Notes under the pieces: generated by a model
What the model was told of the DNA's origin: nothing
What the model saw: the letters and a program-made list of their open reading frames with translations, nothing else
The model's database searches: none
Program-made: the position numbers and the translations under genes
Assembly: GCA_001819495.1 (NCBI GenBank)
Contig: MHMW01000018.1
Span: 3,322 to 67,321, forward strand
Direction of reading: 5' to 3'
Length of the DNA: 64,000 bases
DNA from: Candidatus Portnoybacteria bacterium RBG_19FT_COMBO_36_7
GTDB taxonomy: Bacteria; Patescibacteriota; Minisyncoccia; Portnoybacterales; GWB1-42-6
Part shown: piece after piece, positions 17,897 through 27,898 of the stretch
How the letters are laid out: every line of letters starts with the position of its first letter
How positions within the stretch are numbered: the stretch's first letter is position 1

Positions 17897-19138
17897 CTAA
17901 CAGCCGAAGTCATCCGGCAATTTCTTTTTGGCTTCTTGGCCCGAGCCGCTTATTTTTCTTAATTTTTCCACGACTTTTGGCAAAACTTCCAAAAATCTAT
18001 CAATTTCCTCATCGCTCGTATATTTTCCCAAGGTAACCCTGATGCTGGTATGCGATTCTTCCAGTTTAAGATCCAAAGCCATTAAAACGTGGGATGGCTG
18101 GAGGTTTTCCGAGGCGCAGGCCGAGCCGGTTGAAACGGCAATTCCCTCCATGTCCAGCGCCATCATAATTGATTCGCCTTCTGCCCCGGGAAAACTAAAA
18201 TTGCAGTTATTTTGCAGGCGTTTTTCCGGCGAGCCGTTCAATTTTGAATTCGGGACATTTTCCAAAACTCCGCTGATTAGTTTATCCCTTAATTTTTTGA
18301 CTCTATCGGCCGTCTCTTTATTTACCATTGAAATCGCTTTTCCCAAGCCGACTATCCCTGCAATATTATAAGTTCCAGCCCGCAAATCGTATTCGTGAGC
18401 TCCTCCGTCCTGAATTTTTTTGACAGGAGTGCCTTTTTTGATATATAGTGCGCCAACCCCCTTGGGTCCGTAAAACTTATGAGCTGACATAGAAAGCAAA
18501 TCAATCCCCAGATCATCAACCTTACAGTTCAAATAATTTATCGCTTGGACCGCGTCGGTGTGAAAATATATCTTCTGCTCGCGCGACTGATTAAGCTTTT
18601 TTATCAATTTTCCGATTTCCTCAATTGGCTGGACTGTCCCGATTTCGTTATTAGCATACATTATAGAAACTAAAACCGTATTCTCTTTTATGACCTTCTC
18701 TAAGCTTGAAACTTCAACTAAGCCTTCTTTGTTGACCGACAAAAACGTAACTTCCGCCAAACCTGATTCTTGCAGGCTCTTGCATGTATCTAATACGCAG
18801 TGGTGCTCAATTTGTGACGTAATTATATGCGGCAAATTTTGACCTTTGACATTTGATTTTTGAATTTTTGTTTTATATACCAATCCTTTTATCGCCAGAT
18901 TATTGCTTTCTGTCGCTCCGCTATTAAAAATAACCTCTTCATTACGGCAGCCCAAAAAATCTGCCACCTGAGCCCTGGCTTTATCAAGGGCTTGCCGAGC
19001 TTTCTGGCCAAACTGATGGGCGCTCGAAGCATTGCCAAAATCTTCGCCAAAATACGGCTTCATCGCCTCAAAAACCTCCTGGTCAAGGGGGGTTGTGGCA
19101 GCGTAATCTAAGTATATTTTTGATTTATTTTCAGTCAT
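17897..19138 (-). CDS. cysteine desulfurase (class V aminotransferase, NifS/IscS-like)
   Basis: 413 aa with IYLDYAATTP and NASSAHQFG motifs and a PLP-lysine region (SMSAHKFYGPKG). Confidence 0.85.
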   Translation of the reverse strand: MTENKSKIYLDYAATTPLDQEVFEAMKPYFGEDFGNASSAHQFGQKARQALDKARAQVADFLGCRNEEVIFNSGATESNNLAIKGLVYKTKIQKSNVKGQNLPHIITSQIEHHCVLDTCKSLQESGLAEVTFLSVNKEGLVEVSSLEKVIKENTVLVSIMYANNEIGTVQPIEEIGKLIKKLNQSREQKIYFHTDAVQAINYLNCKVDDLGIDLLSMSAHKFYGPKGVGALYIKKGTPVKKIQDGGAHEYDLRAGTYNIAGIVGLGKAISMVNKETADRVKKLRDKLISGVLENVPNSKLNGSPEKRLQNNCNFSFPGAEGESIMMALDMEGIAVSTGSACASENLQPSHVLMALDLKLEESHTSIRVTLGKYTSDEEIDRFLEVLPKVVEKLRKISGSGQEAKKKLPDDFGC

Positions 19139-19181
19139 ATACCTTGCAATTTTAACTCAAAATTTTATTAAAGTCAAACTT

Positions 19182-19217
19182 AAAAATAAGCCCTGTTTTC
19201 AATTTGAAAACAGGGCT
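19182..19217 (-). terminator. rho-independent terminator with a 12-bp perfect stem
   Basis: AGCCCTGTTTTC-AATTT-GAAAACAGGGCT is followed on the minus strand by a U-run. Confidence 0.7.
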
Positions 19218-19234
19218 GCATGCCAGAAAAAAAT

Positions 19235-19525
19235 TTAAGCTCTTGCCTTGGGCCTAACCCTGTAAATAAGGGCTTCACCTTTTCTTCCGTTGTCATCTGT
19301 GCATTTAGGACACCAAGGCATGGCAATGGCCGTGCCAAATGTTACTTCCTGGCCAGTAAATTTAGCCAGTTCTTCTTCTTTTTTTTCGCTTAGGTCAAAC
19401 TTGGCGTGGCATTTTATGCATGTCGCTATGATTTTTGTAGGATTACCACAATTGCTGCAAACTCCCTTTTTCCCGTTTTCTGAACCAACTCCACAAATTA
19501 TACATTTATTTCCATCAGCGCCCAT
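19235..19525 (-). CDS. small double zinc-ribbon protein (four CxxC pairs), function unknown
   Basis: 96 aa with CIIC, CSNC, CIKC and CPKC motifs. Confidence 0.5.
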   Translation of the reverse strand: MGADGNKCIICGVGSENGKKGVCSNCGNPTKIIATCIKCHAKFDLSEKKEEELAKFTGQEVTFGTAIAMPWCPKCTDDNGRKGEALIYRVRPKARA

Positions 19526-19576
19526 AAAAGCATCCTCCTCTCAATTTTTTTCTAAAGAACTTCCCGCATTTTTATC

Positions 19577-20194
19577 CTAAATTTTTGGCTCCCAATATTT
19601 TTTTTCTTTTATTTTATTATTTAAAATTTCAAAGCTTATTTTCCCGTAATTCTCGACAATATCGCAATATTTTTTTGAATCATAGTCATCATCAGAAGGA
19701 TCTGGCACATCTTCTTCAACCAAAAAATCAGCTTTTTTTATTTTTTCCGGATGCCTGGTTACGTCACCTGTAACTATATATTCTTTTCCGTCGTCCGCTA
19801 TAAAAGACAAGAAAAAATCAATTCCATGATGAAAGTCTGCCGGACTTTTTTCCCTGCCTGCGCATGTAAAAAATCTCAATCTTTCTAATTCCTCATCTGT
19901 TTTCAGCCCCAGAAAATCGCCAACAGATATCCTTATATCTCTGGCAAATTCCTTTTTAGGATGTGCCGGGTCTTTATCCGGCTGAAACTTTCTGGCCAGC
20001 TCAATCGCATATTCAACCGGCATATTATTATCTCCTTTAAATTTATGGCCGGATTTTCGTGCTAAATCCTGATATCTCTTTAATTCTGACTGATAATCAG
20101 GATGTTCTGTGTCAACTTTCCCTATCAGATCATATTCATAAAATTCAGCCGGATATGATTTATCAAATTTATCAAATTTTTCCCCAAATTTCAT
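19577..20194 (-). CDS. hypothetical protein
   Basis: A 205-aa acidic ORF with normal codon usage and no recognisable motif. Confidence 0.45.
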   Translation of the reverse strand: MKFGEKFDKFDKSYPAEFYEYDLIGKVDTEHPDYQSELKRYQDLARKSGHKFKGDNNMPVEYAIELARKFQPDKDPAHPKKEFARDIRISVGDFLGLKTDEELERLRFFTCAGREKSPADFHHGIDFFLSFIADDGKEYIVTGDVTRHPEKIKKADFLVEEDVPDPSDDDYDSKKYCDIVENYGKISFEILNNKIKEKKYWEPKI

Positions 20195-20266
20195 AAAAGT
20201 AAACTAATCTATTGAATTTATATATTTAAGCATAAAACATATAATAAGTCAATTTCTGGAGCGTTC

Positions 20267-21118
20267 TTATTCAAACAATAACGCCGCGCCCAGCGCGCCT
20301 CCGAATTTTCCCAGCTCGCTGAACAAAATCGGAGTTTTTTTTGCTTCGGGAGAAATAACATATTTTTCTATCGCTTCTTTGATGCCCGGCATTATAAATT
20401 CCTGCGTGCCCACAATTCCCCCGCCGATAATCACGGCTTCGGGGTCAAAAACATTGATGATATTGGCAATGCCGATTCCCAGATTTTTGCCTCTTTCTTC
20501 AAAAAAATCTTCTGCTTTTTCGTCTCCCGAACGCACCAATTGTTCTGCTTCTTTGCCCGTAACCCCCAGCATATTTTTTACAAAATTATTCGCCGTCAGG
20601 CTTTCAAAATCCTGACCGGAATTTCTTTCAATTATCATATGGCCGGCTTCGCCCGAAGCGCCGTGAGCGCCGATGAATATTTCTCTATTTATCATGAAAG
20701 CGCCGCCAACGCCCGTGCCGACCGCCAGATAAAAAACATTTTTTAGGTCTTTGGCCAGGCCAATATCTTTCTCCGCCTGCAAAAAACAATGGACATCGTG
20801 CTCTAATTTTATCGGCAACGGCGCCATTTTTTTCTCCAACATTTTTTTAATCGGCTGACCGTCCAAATATGGGATATTCGGGCTGTGAAGCATCTTTTCT
20901 CTTTCAACATCAAGCGCGCCGGCGATACTAAAACCAACGCCGCTAATTTCGCCGGCTGATAATTGAGCACATAGATCATATTTCATTTTTCCCAGCAGCA
21001 AAAGCAGGTTTTCCAAATTATCTGAGGTGTTTTCTAAGGCCTTCCTGATTATTTCTTTATTTTTTATCAAAGCAGCTTTGATGTTTGAGCCGCCGATGTC
21101 AAATCCAAGATAATACAT
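20267..21118 (-). CDS. ROK-family sugar kinase (glucokinase-like)
   Basis: It has LGFDIGGSNIK, GTGVGGA and the GEAGHM ROK signature. Confidence 0.8.
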   Translation of the reverse strand: MYYLGFDIGGSNIKAALIKNKEIIRKALENTSDNLENLLLLLGKMKYDLCAQLSAGEISGVGFSIAGALDVEREKMLHSPNIPYLDGQPIKKMLEKKMAPLPIKLEHDVHCFLQAEKDIGLAKDLKNVFYLAVGTGVGGAFMINREIFIGAHGASGEAGHMIIERNSGQDFESLTANNFVKNMLGVTGKEAEQLVRSGDEKAEDFFEERGKNLGIGIANIINVFDPEAVIIGGGIVGTQEFIMPGIKEAIEKYVISPEAKKTPILFSELGKFGGALGAALLFE

Positions 21119-21188
21119 AATTTTTTAATTTCTTAATGTTTAAAAATTAAAATATTAAGATTTATTTACAAAATTAAAAATTCAAAAA

Positions 21189-22202
21189 TTAAAAATTATT
21201 CAGTTGTTTAACATATTCCCAATATTCCGGATGTCCATTCTGTTTAAGACTCCACCACCATTCCGCACCCCACAAATAATAATCAGAGAATCCCGTTTTC
21301 TTGGCGTATTCAATCGTTTCCTTAAAATTATCAAACGGCATATTTTTCATCTGCTCTTCAGTTGATATTTCATATATCTGCAAATGCTGCCACGGCTCGC
21401 CTTGCAATTCAATGACAACAAATGGTTTTTCCTGTCCGACAAAAAGCCGGACGATTCTTTCTTTGGCCCGGAAAAATGAAGGCGGGATCGGATATTTATA
21501 AGCGCCTATCCATTTGCTCCAGACATAGCGGTACATGGTCGTGCCAAAAATATCGGCCCGCTTGGCCGCTCTCACCCAAATGCTCAATTCTCCGCTGTCG
21601 GTCACCATTATTGGCCGGCTATCCAGACTTTTCACAAGAGCGATTTCTTTATCCAAAAAGACGGCGTCAGCCTCCGGGCATTCGCCAAAATCAAGAAACG
21701 GCTCATTTTCCACTTCCCAGGCAATTATATTTGGATTATTCTTGTAGCGCTCAACAGTTACTCTGATGTAATCCATCAAATACTCTCTTTCGTTGTATGA
21801 AAGATATAAAGATGCATTCAAATCCAGTTTCAGTTTTTTTGCCCATTCTGGAGTATGGCATTCCGGCCATCTGGGCAGCTTACGCCCGACAGCCAGAATG
21901 ATTTTTGCGCCCCGAACGCTGGCCTGCTCTATCTGCCAGTCCAGATCTGAAAAATCAAAAACGCCTTTGCTCGGCTGGATCTGCGGCCAATATGCGATCA
22001 GCCGCAAATTCCTTATCTTTAAATCATCCAATATTTCAATATACGCTTTTTTCCAGTCAAGTTTCAGCTTCTGGGCAAAAAGCTGCGAGAAAGTTACTCC
22101 CCATTCGATTTTTCGATTCGGGTCGGCAGTATCTCGGCCCAGATAATATAGACTGCCGCCGATTATCGCAATAATAATTAAAAATTTAAAAAGTTTTCTC
22201 AT
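21189..22202 (-). CDS. membrane-anchored glycoside hydrolase, clan GH-A (GH5-like)
   Basis: It has an N-terminal TM helix and TIM-barrel hydrolase hallmarks, including the WEVENEP acid/base motif. Confidence 0.5.
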   Translation of the reverse strand: MRKLFKFLIIIAIIGGSLYYLGRDTADPNRKIEWGVTFSQLFAQKLKLDWKKAYIEILDDLKIRNLRLIAYWPQIQPSKGVFDFSDLDWQIEQASVRGAKIILAVGRKLPRWPECHTPEWAKKLKLDLNASLYLSYNEREYLMDYIRVTVERYKNNPNIIAWEVENEPFLDFGECPEADAVFLDKEIALVKSLDSRPIMVTDSGELSIWVRAAKRADIFGTTMYRYVWSKWIGAYKYPIPPSFFRAKERIVRLFVGQEKPFVVIELQGEPWQHLQIYEISTEEQMKNMPFDNFKETIEYAKKTGFSDYYLWGAEWWWSLKQNGHPEYWEYVKQLNNF

Positions 22203-22213
22203 TTTGAAATAAA

Positions 22214-23107
22214 TTAAAATGCCAAAATTGCCAAACCTGCGATTATTAATATTATAGCTAAAATTTTCTGCATAAGAATTCCCCGAGTGATTTTTTCCTG
22301 AATTATTTGAGGGAATTTTTTGGAAAGGAAAATCGTTAAAATCAGCAAAAAAGCGTATTGAATTCCCTGCATGGCATTAACCAAAGAAGCGCTGGCTAGA
22401 AAAATTGCATAATTAACAGCGATAGTCCCAATGCCGGCCATTGCCTTATTGGAAACAAAAAGCATGCTTAATCCTGCCGTGGCCTGCCTGCCGCCGGAAA
22501 AAATCGAACGGCGCAGCCTCGGAAAAATCAGAAAGGTTAATGCTGTTAAAAAAATCCCTATCCGAATCCAAATAAATCCGCTGACAAAATTTTGATTAAT
22601 GAAAACATATTTTGTTAAAACAAGTGAAATGGCGGTCAGCAAAATTGAAAAAACAATAAATTTAAATCTTTTTTGCTGTTTCTCTCTGGGCTCTTTTTTA
22701 AAAGAAATCAGCACTCCGCCAAGAACCAAAAGGAGAAAAGCCGCTATTTGCGCCAAGGCGAGCCTCTCGCCCAAAAATAAAAAAGAAAGTCCCAAAACCA
22801 AAATTGGCGTCAGGCCGCCAAAAGAGGGCAGAACGCGCGAAGCTGAACCGATGTCCAGCGCATGAAAAAGATACAAAAAGCCAAAAAGCGTAAATGCACC
22901 GGTCCCAAGCGCGATTAAAAATTGGGTTGTTCCGGGCCAAACCAAGCCAAAAGGGGCCAAAGCCAAGGCAAAAATGCTCAAAAGCCCGACATAAAAAGTG
23001 TAGACTGCCGGCTTGGTCACCGGCCGCTGGCCAAGCAAAAACTTATCCAACACTCCGACAACAGCTATTAAAAAATATCCGGCAATGGCAAATAAAAACC
23101 AGCTCAT
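22214..23107 (-). CDS. EamA/DMT-superfamily transporter
   Basis: 297 aa with about 10 TM helices and two EamA-like halves. Confidence 0.7.
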   Translation of the reverse strand: MSWFLFAIAGYFLIAVVGVLDKFLLGQRPVTKPAVYTFYVGLLSIFALALAPFGLVWPGTTQFLIALGTGAFTLFGFLYLFHALDIGSASRVLPSFGGLTPILVLGLSFLFLGERLALAQIAAFLLLVLGGVLISFKKEPREKQQKRFKFIVFSILLTAISLVLTKYVFINQNFVSGFIWIRIGIFLTALTFLIFPRLRRSIFSGGRQATAGLSMLFVSNKAMAGIGTIAVNYAIFLASASLVNAMQGIQYAFLLILTIFLSKKFPQIIQEKITRGILMQKILAIILIIAGLAILAF

Positions 23108-24342
23108 AAATTTATTGAATTATTTTTACAGATCTTCGCGTATTCCAAGGCACTGGGCCTAATGCGCCGCTCCATGGTTTTGTAGTTAACTTCAACCAAG
23201 CCGAAGCGCGGCCAGAAACCTTTATCCCATTCAAAATTATCCAAAAGAGACCAATGGAAATATCCCTGTATATTGACGCCGCGTTCCAAAGCTCGCGAAA
23301 CCGCTTTTAAAGTTTCTTCAATAAACCATCTTCTATATTTGTCTTCTTTGTCTGCCATGCCGCTTTCAGTTATATAGACCGGCTTATCGTATCTTTTTAA
23401 GTTCGCCAGAACATTTTCTATTCCTTCCGGGTGCGTGTCCCAGCCCACATCGGAAACAACCTCTTTTTTATTTTTATTTATTCCGTAATCTATTCTGTTG
23501 TGGAAATAAAAATTAAGACCTATAAAATCAAGCTGGTGATGAACCCTTCTCAAATATCTATGATTCCAAAATCTTTCAAAAAGAATCTTCAAAATTGCGT
23601 TGACAACTCCTTCCGAAGATTTAAAATCCGAAAGATTGCATACTCCTCCGACCATTGACAGAGGCGTTATTTTTTTGATGGCCCGGTATGCCCTTTTATG
23701 GGCTTTCATCAATGAACGCATTGAGAAATAAAAATTTAAAATCCCTTTTTTTTGAGGAGTCCATCTTCCGCGATAATATGAATTAAGAGAATAAATTTCC
23801 GGCTCGTTTATAGTCAGCCAATATTTGACATCGCGCCCTAAAACTTCAACCATCTTTTTAACGTATTTTTCAAAATATTTCGGGAAATCCGCATTCCTCA
23901 CCCCGCCTTTTTTTGCCAGCCAAATAGGCAATGTCCAATGCCACAAGGTCACAAAGGGTTCCAGTCCTCTCTCTTTTAACGCTTTTATGACCAGCTGATA
24001 GTGCTCTATTTCTCTTTCGTCAAACTTTCCTTCTTCTGGCTCTATGCGGCTCCATTCAATTGAAAAACGATGAGCGTTCTGGCCAAGCTCTTTGACAATA
24101 TCAAAATCCTGCTCAAAACGTTTGTAATGGCCGCAGGCGTGATCTGAAATATAATTTTTGGGCTCAAACATCTCCGGAAATTTTTCCTGCTGCCATTCTT
24201 GAAATTCCATTCTGGTTTCCTTTGCCAGACGATTGGCATTGGTTTTTTCCCATTCTGTCCAGTCGTTAAAATTCCAGCCCTCAACTTGATGAGCCGAGGT
24301 AGCCGCGCCCCATAAAAACCCTGAGGGAAATTTGTATTCCAT
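23104..24342 (-). CDS. glycoside hydrolase family 1 beta-glucosidase
   Basis: It has N-terminal FLWGAATSAHQVEG, TLWHWTLP and ITENG-like (YITESGMA) motifs. Confidence 0.85.
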   Translation of the reverse strand: MEYKFPSGFLWGAATSAHQVEGWNFNDWTEWEKTNANRLAKETRMEFQEWQQEKFPEMFEPKNYISDHACGHYKRFEQDFDIVKELGQNAHRFSIEWSRIEPEEGKFDEREIEHYQLVIKALKERGLEPFVTLWHWTLPIWLAKKGGVRNADFPKYFEKYVKKMVEVLGRDVKYWLTINEPEIYSLNSYYRGRWTPQKKGILNFYFSMRSLMKAHKRAYRAIKKITPLSMVGGVCNLSDFKSSEGVVNAILKILFERFWNHRYLRRVHHQLDFIGLNFYFHNRIDYGINKNKKEVVSDVGWDTHPEGIENVLANLKRYDKPVYITESGMADKEDKYRRWFIEETLKAVSRALERGVNIQGYFHWSLLDNFEWDKGFWPRFGLVEVNYKTMERRIRPSALEYAKICKNNSINL

Positions 24343-24343
24343 A

Positions 24344-24410
24344 CCGGGTAGTAGAAATTCGACAATTACTAGTATCGCTGCCGGGCAGCAGTCGAATTTT
24401 CACTACCCGG
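24344..24410 (-). mobile_element. element copy C: a 67-bp basic unit
   Basis: TIRs CCGGGTAGTAGAAATTCGAC and GTCGAATTTTCACTACCCGG differ from the other copies by a compensatory A/G-T/C change that keeps the pairing. They are flanked by CATA at 24340..24343 and 24411..24414. The left repeat holds the GH1 ATG. Confidence 0.7.
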
Positions 24411-24471
24411 CATATTTTTTATTATACCAAAAAACAGCCGGTTGGGCTGTTTTTTTATACACATCGCTGTT

Positions 24472-24687
24472 TTAGCGCTTGGCTATCGTATAAGTTCCAT
24501 CGTCATTATGAATTAACGAATAATTTTTGCCTGTCTGCGTCTCAAAATGCGCGGCGCCATGGACTTTGGCGTAACGAAAAAGCATTTCCGATTCTTCACG
24601 GTCTATTTTCCTGACTATATATACGTAGCCCGGATCATCATTATCTTCGTAAATTGTCGGATGACCGTTTATATTCATTTTTGGCAT
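24472..24687 (-). CDS. hypothetical small protein
   Basis: A 71-aa ORF with a terminator immediately downstream. Confidence 0.4.
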   Translation of the reverse strand: MPKMNINGHPTIYEDNDDPGYVYIVRKIDREESEMLFRYAKVHGAAHFETQTGKNYSLIHNDDGTYTIAKR

Positions 24688-24794
24688 GATTTTAAATTTA
24701 ATTTATTATAACGGCGGTTTGTGTATTCTTTTTTAAATCTTAACCGACAAACTCATGTTATCACAAAATCTTCTTTTCAACAATTTTTTGATAA

Positions 24795-25073
24795 TTATTT
24801 TTTTCTGATTTTTATAGCCTTGCCTCCAATCAAGGCTTCAGCGACTTTTTTACGGGCCGAAGCCAAAATCCGCTGAAGAGTGCTTTGGGAAATCTTCATT
24901 TTTATTGCCCCTTCCTCCTGTTCTAAATCTTCCAAATCGCAAAGTCGCAGCGCTTCCAGCTCATCTATGCTTAAATCTACCTCTTCCAGCATGGACAATG
25001 GCACAGCTCGCGGCTTAAAATAAACTACTTCTGGATCAAATAATATTCTTCTTGGCTTTAATGGTCTTGTCAT
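24795..25073 (-). CDS. DUF134 (UPF0251) predicted DNA-binding protein
   Basis: It has RPLKPRRILFDPEVVYFKPRAVP...LSIDELEALRLCDLEDLEQEE, the characteristic DUF134 pattern. Confidence 0.7.
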   Translation of the reverse strand: MTRPLKPRRILFDPEVVYFKPRAVPLSMLEEVDLSIDELEALRLCDLEDLEQEEGAIKMKISQSTLQRILASARKKVAEALIGGKAIKIRKK

Positions 25074-25096
25074 ATATTTATATGGAGTTTATTCGG

Positions 25097-26146
25097 TTAT
25101 TCTCTAATCAAATTGCTTTTACATTTTGGACACTCGAATTTTGAGCAAGGAGTGCCGCGTTCGTGAATAAATTTATATCCGCATTTTGGACAAACGCAAT
25201 ATCCGCCCGGTCCTCCTCCTTTAGATTCTTTTATTTCTTCTTTAAATTTGCCTCTTCTCTGCCAGCCAAAACTTCGGCCAAAAGCGGGCTTGTAATATCC
25301 AGTTGAAACTTCATGGCTTTTAATTTGAATAGCAACATAAGATAATCGCTCAACCTCTTTTATCAATTTTCCCTTTAGGTCTTCGGAGGTTTTCACTGCT
25401 TCTTCTACAGTTAGACTACTGGGTAGCTTTATTTCTAAATTAGCCGTAACGGCTGATCCCTTTTTCTGGGTTTTTAAAGAATCTATCTCTATGTTTTGCA
25501 TACTGACAATTGATTTTATTTTTTCTTCGGTTTCAGGGCTCGCTGAAATATCAAGCAAAGAATCAACTGCCTCTTTGCCCAGCGAAAACGATTCTTTGAT
25601 GATATATAAACCAATAAATAACGCCATAACCAAATCAACATAAATCCAGTATCTGGTTAAAAATAATCCCGTCAGAACAACCAATGAAGCATAAACATCA
25701 ACTCTGGAATGAATTCCGTCAGACAGCAGGCTAACTGAATTCTCCTTTTTACCATAATGAATTTTTAATCTTGCCATCACTTCGTTAACAGCAGCTGATG
25801 CCAACATAACGCCGAAAGCCAAATAGCCGATGCCAACAGGCGAAGGGTTTTTAAAGTCGCGAACCGATTCAAAAACAATAAACAGTCCTGTTAAAAATAA
25901 AATTATAGTTATAAGCAGGCCGGCCAAAACTTCAAATTTATAATGGCCGTAAGGATGTTTTTTGTCTACCGGTTTTTTTGCTATCTTTATGCCGGCAAAA
26001 CTTATTGCCGAAGACAAAATATCCATTCCCGAATGCAAACCTTCAGCAAATACAGCGCCAGAACCGGCTATAATTCCGGCTGTCAATTTGCTTCCGGCCA
26101 AAAAAATATTTGCCAATATTGAAATTGTTGCTATTTTTTCTTTCAT
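25097..26146 (-). CDS. cation diffusion facilitator (CDF) metal efflux transporter with an added C-terminal zinc-ribbon
   Basis: It has a six-TM CDF core (HPYGHYKFE) and a cytoplasmic domain, followed by CVCPKCGYKF...CPKCKSNLIRE. Confidence 0.75.
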   Translation of the reverse strand: MKEKIATISILANIFLAGSKLTAGIIAGSGAVFAEGLHSGMDILSSAISFAGIKIAKKPVDKKHPYGHYKFEVLAGLLITIILFLTGLFIVFESVRDFKNPSPVGIGYLAFGVMLASAAVNEVMARLKIHYGKKENSVSLLSDGIHSRVDVYASLVVLTGLFLTRYWIYVDLVMALFIGLYIIKESFSLGKEAVDSLLDISASPETEEKIKSIVSMQNIEIDSLKTQKKGSAVTANLEIKLPSSLTVEEAVKTSEDLKGKLIKEVERLSYVAIQIKSHEVSTGYYKPAFGRSFGWQRRGKFKEEIKESKGGGPGGYCVCPKCGYKFIHERGTPCSKFECPKCKSNLIRE

Positions 26147-26174
26147 ACAAAATTGATGTTTAATCTGTTAATAA

Positions 26175-27326
26175 CTAGTTTTTATTAACATTAATCTTCT
26201 CGGCCGTTCTTTTATAAATATAAGCTGCCAAAAATGTCGTAATCGGCACAGCCAAAGCCAATCCGATGCTGCCAACCAAAGCCCTCACTATTTCCGTAGC
26301 AATGACTTCGTTATTTATAACCCGGTTAAGCGTTTCAAAAGGAGGCTGCTTAAAGACAAACAGAAGCAAAAGCGGAAAAGATGCCCCGGCATATGCTAAA
26401 AACAAAGTATTGACCATTGAGGCAACGTGGTCAATGCCTATCTTCATCGCTCTTTTATATATTTCAAATTTGGATAGACCAGGATTGGCTTTCGTTAATT
26501 CTTCAACGGCTGAAACCTGACTGATGGTTATATCGTCCAAAACGCCCAAAGCGCCGATTATAAATCCTGCCAGCAACAAACCTTTTAGATTTAAACTGCT
26601 ACCCATTAAATTTACCAGAAATATAGTTTCCTCCTGAGCGAAGCCAGCCAGCCTGACAAGTTCAGTAAAAATAAGCGAAAGAATTCCGACAATCGTTATT
26701 CCGGCAAAAGTTCCTAAAATTGCCACGCTTGATTTTTTGTTCAGGCCATAGACTAAATAAGTAGAAACTAAGATAATAATCGCGGAAAATAACAGGCTGA
26801 CCGATAAAGGATCGGAACCGTCTAATATTTTAGGAATGACAAACTTAAAAATTATCAAAAAACTGAAACCAAGGCCCATTATTGCTCTTAAGCCCCGCCA
26901 TCGGCCGGTTAAAAGAATCACCAAACAAAAAATAGCGGCCAGCCAATATATCTTATCCAGCCGGACAAAATCAACTATATAATAATCGCTCTCCCCTTCT
27001 GCCTGCTCGCTGAAGGAAACCAAAACCTTATCGCCTTTTTGATACAGCTCATTAAAAGACGGATTAATTTCTATCCCAGAAACAATAACTTCAATATCCT
27101 CCCATCGGCCTTCAAGGCCTTCTACTTTCAATTTCTGCGAAATATATTTAGAATTATCTTCCCCGATAAATTCTTCCTGTTCTAAAACTTCTAAAACTTT
27201 TGCTTTAAAAATTTCTTCTTTGAAACTTTCGCTTGCTGATTCGGTTTCTTGTGCCAAAGAAAAACATATATTAAAGAACAAAACGCCGCAAATTATTAAA
27301 TAAGATAAAAATAATTTTTTGCTCAT
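26175..27326 (-). CDS. YibE/F-family membrane protein
   Basis: It has a signal/TM N-terminus, an extracytoplasmic domain and a polytopic core with the GVLDDITISQVSAV motif. Confidence 0.55.
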   Translation of the reverse strand: MSKKLFLSYLIICGVLFFNICFSLAQETESASESFKEEIFKAKVLEVLEQEEFIGEDNSKYISQKLKVEGLEGRWEDIEVIVSGIEINPSFNELYQKGDKVLVSFSEQAEGESDYYIVDFVRLDKIYWLAAIFCLVILLTGRWRGLRAIMGLGFSFLIIFKFVIPKILDGSDPLSVSLLFSAIIILVSTYLVYGLNKKSSVAILGTFAGITIVGILSLIFTELVRLAGFAQEETIFLVNLMGSSLNLKGLLLAGFIIGALGVLDDITISQVSAVEELTKANPGLSKFEIYKRAMKIGIDHVASMVNTLFLAYAGASFPLLLLFVFKQPPFETLNRVINNEVIATEIVRALVGSIGLALAVPITTFLAAYIYKRTAEKINVNKN

Positions 27327-27397
27327 TTTAAAATATTTTTATTTTTTTCTAATTTTGATAGCCTCGCCACAGTTTAATTTTATTATACAATAAAACT

Positions 27398-27439
27398 GGA
27401 AAAAAGCCCTGCTTCCAATTTTAAACCAGAAACAGGGCT
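27398..27439 (-). terminator. rho-independent terminator
   Basis: Hairpin AGCCCTGCTTCC...AGAAACAGGGCT is followed by a U-run on the minus strand. Its arms resemble the terminator at 19182..19217. Confidence 0.6.
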
Positions 27440-27446
27440 TTCTCTT

Positions 27447-27689
27447 TTACTGCTTCTTGAGTTCATTGAGCCTGTCTTTGAGAGCTTTCAGCTCTTCTTC
27501 TAAAATCTTTGCTTCTTCCTCCAATATCTGTTTTTCCTCTTTTTGCGGCACTTCAGAGCCAAATCTCCAGAATCTGCCAAATCCTCTTCCTAATCCTTTT
27601 CGCCAGCCCATACCAGCTCCGCAAGGCCCCATACCCCAGCCGGTGCCAGCTCCCATTCCCCAAGGACCAGTTCCGTCTCGTCTTGGCAT
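27447..27689 (-). CDS. DUF5320-family small Gly-rich protein
   Basis: It has MPRRDGTGPWGMGAGTGWGMGPCGAG, followed by a coiled-coil tail. Confidence 0.6.
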   Translation of the reverse strand: MPRRDGTGPWGMGAGTGWGMGPCGAGMGWRKGLGRGFGRFWRFGSEVPQKEEKQILEEEAKILEEELKALKDRLNELKKQ

Positions 27690-27801
27690 AGTTTTATTAA
27701 GTTATTGCTATTTAGCAGATAGCCCGACCTTTGGCAACGACTACCTATTATGAATATATACCCATAACTAATGCTTGTCAATACCCATCCCTTTTCCAAC
27801 T

Positions 27802-27828
27802 AAAAAACCGCCTTCTTGGCAAGGCGGT
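27802..27828 (-). terminator. rho-independent terminator
   Basis: Hairpin ACCGCCTTCTTGGCAAGGCGGT is followed by UUUUUU on the minus strand, downstream of tRNA-Gln. Confidence 0.65.
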
Positions 27829-27898
27829 CTTTGACACTAATTTTATTCTTCCAACATCTGCTGATCAATCAAGGGCTTGCCCTGAGCTTGTCGAAGGG

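Noticed and set aside
24042-24365. 107-aa minus-strand ORF overlapping the GH1 start and reading into element copy C
   Set aside because: It is in a different frame from the strongly supported GH1 beta-glucosidase. Its N-terminus is encoded by the repeat element, so it is a spurious overlap.
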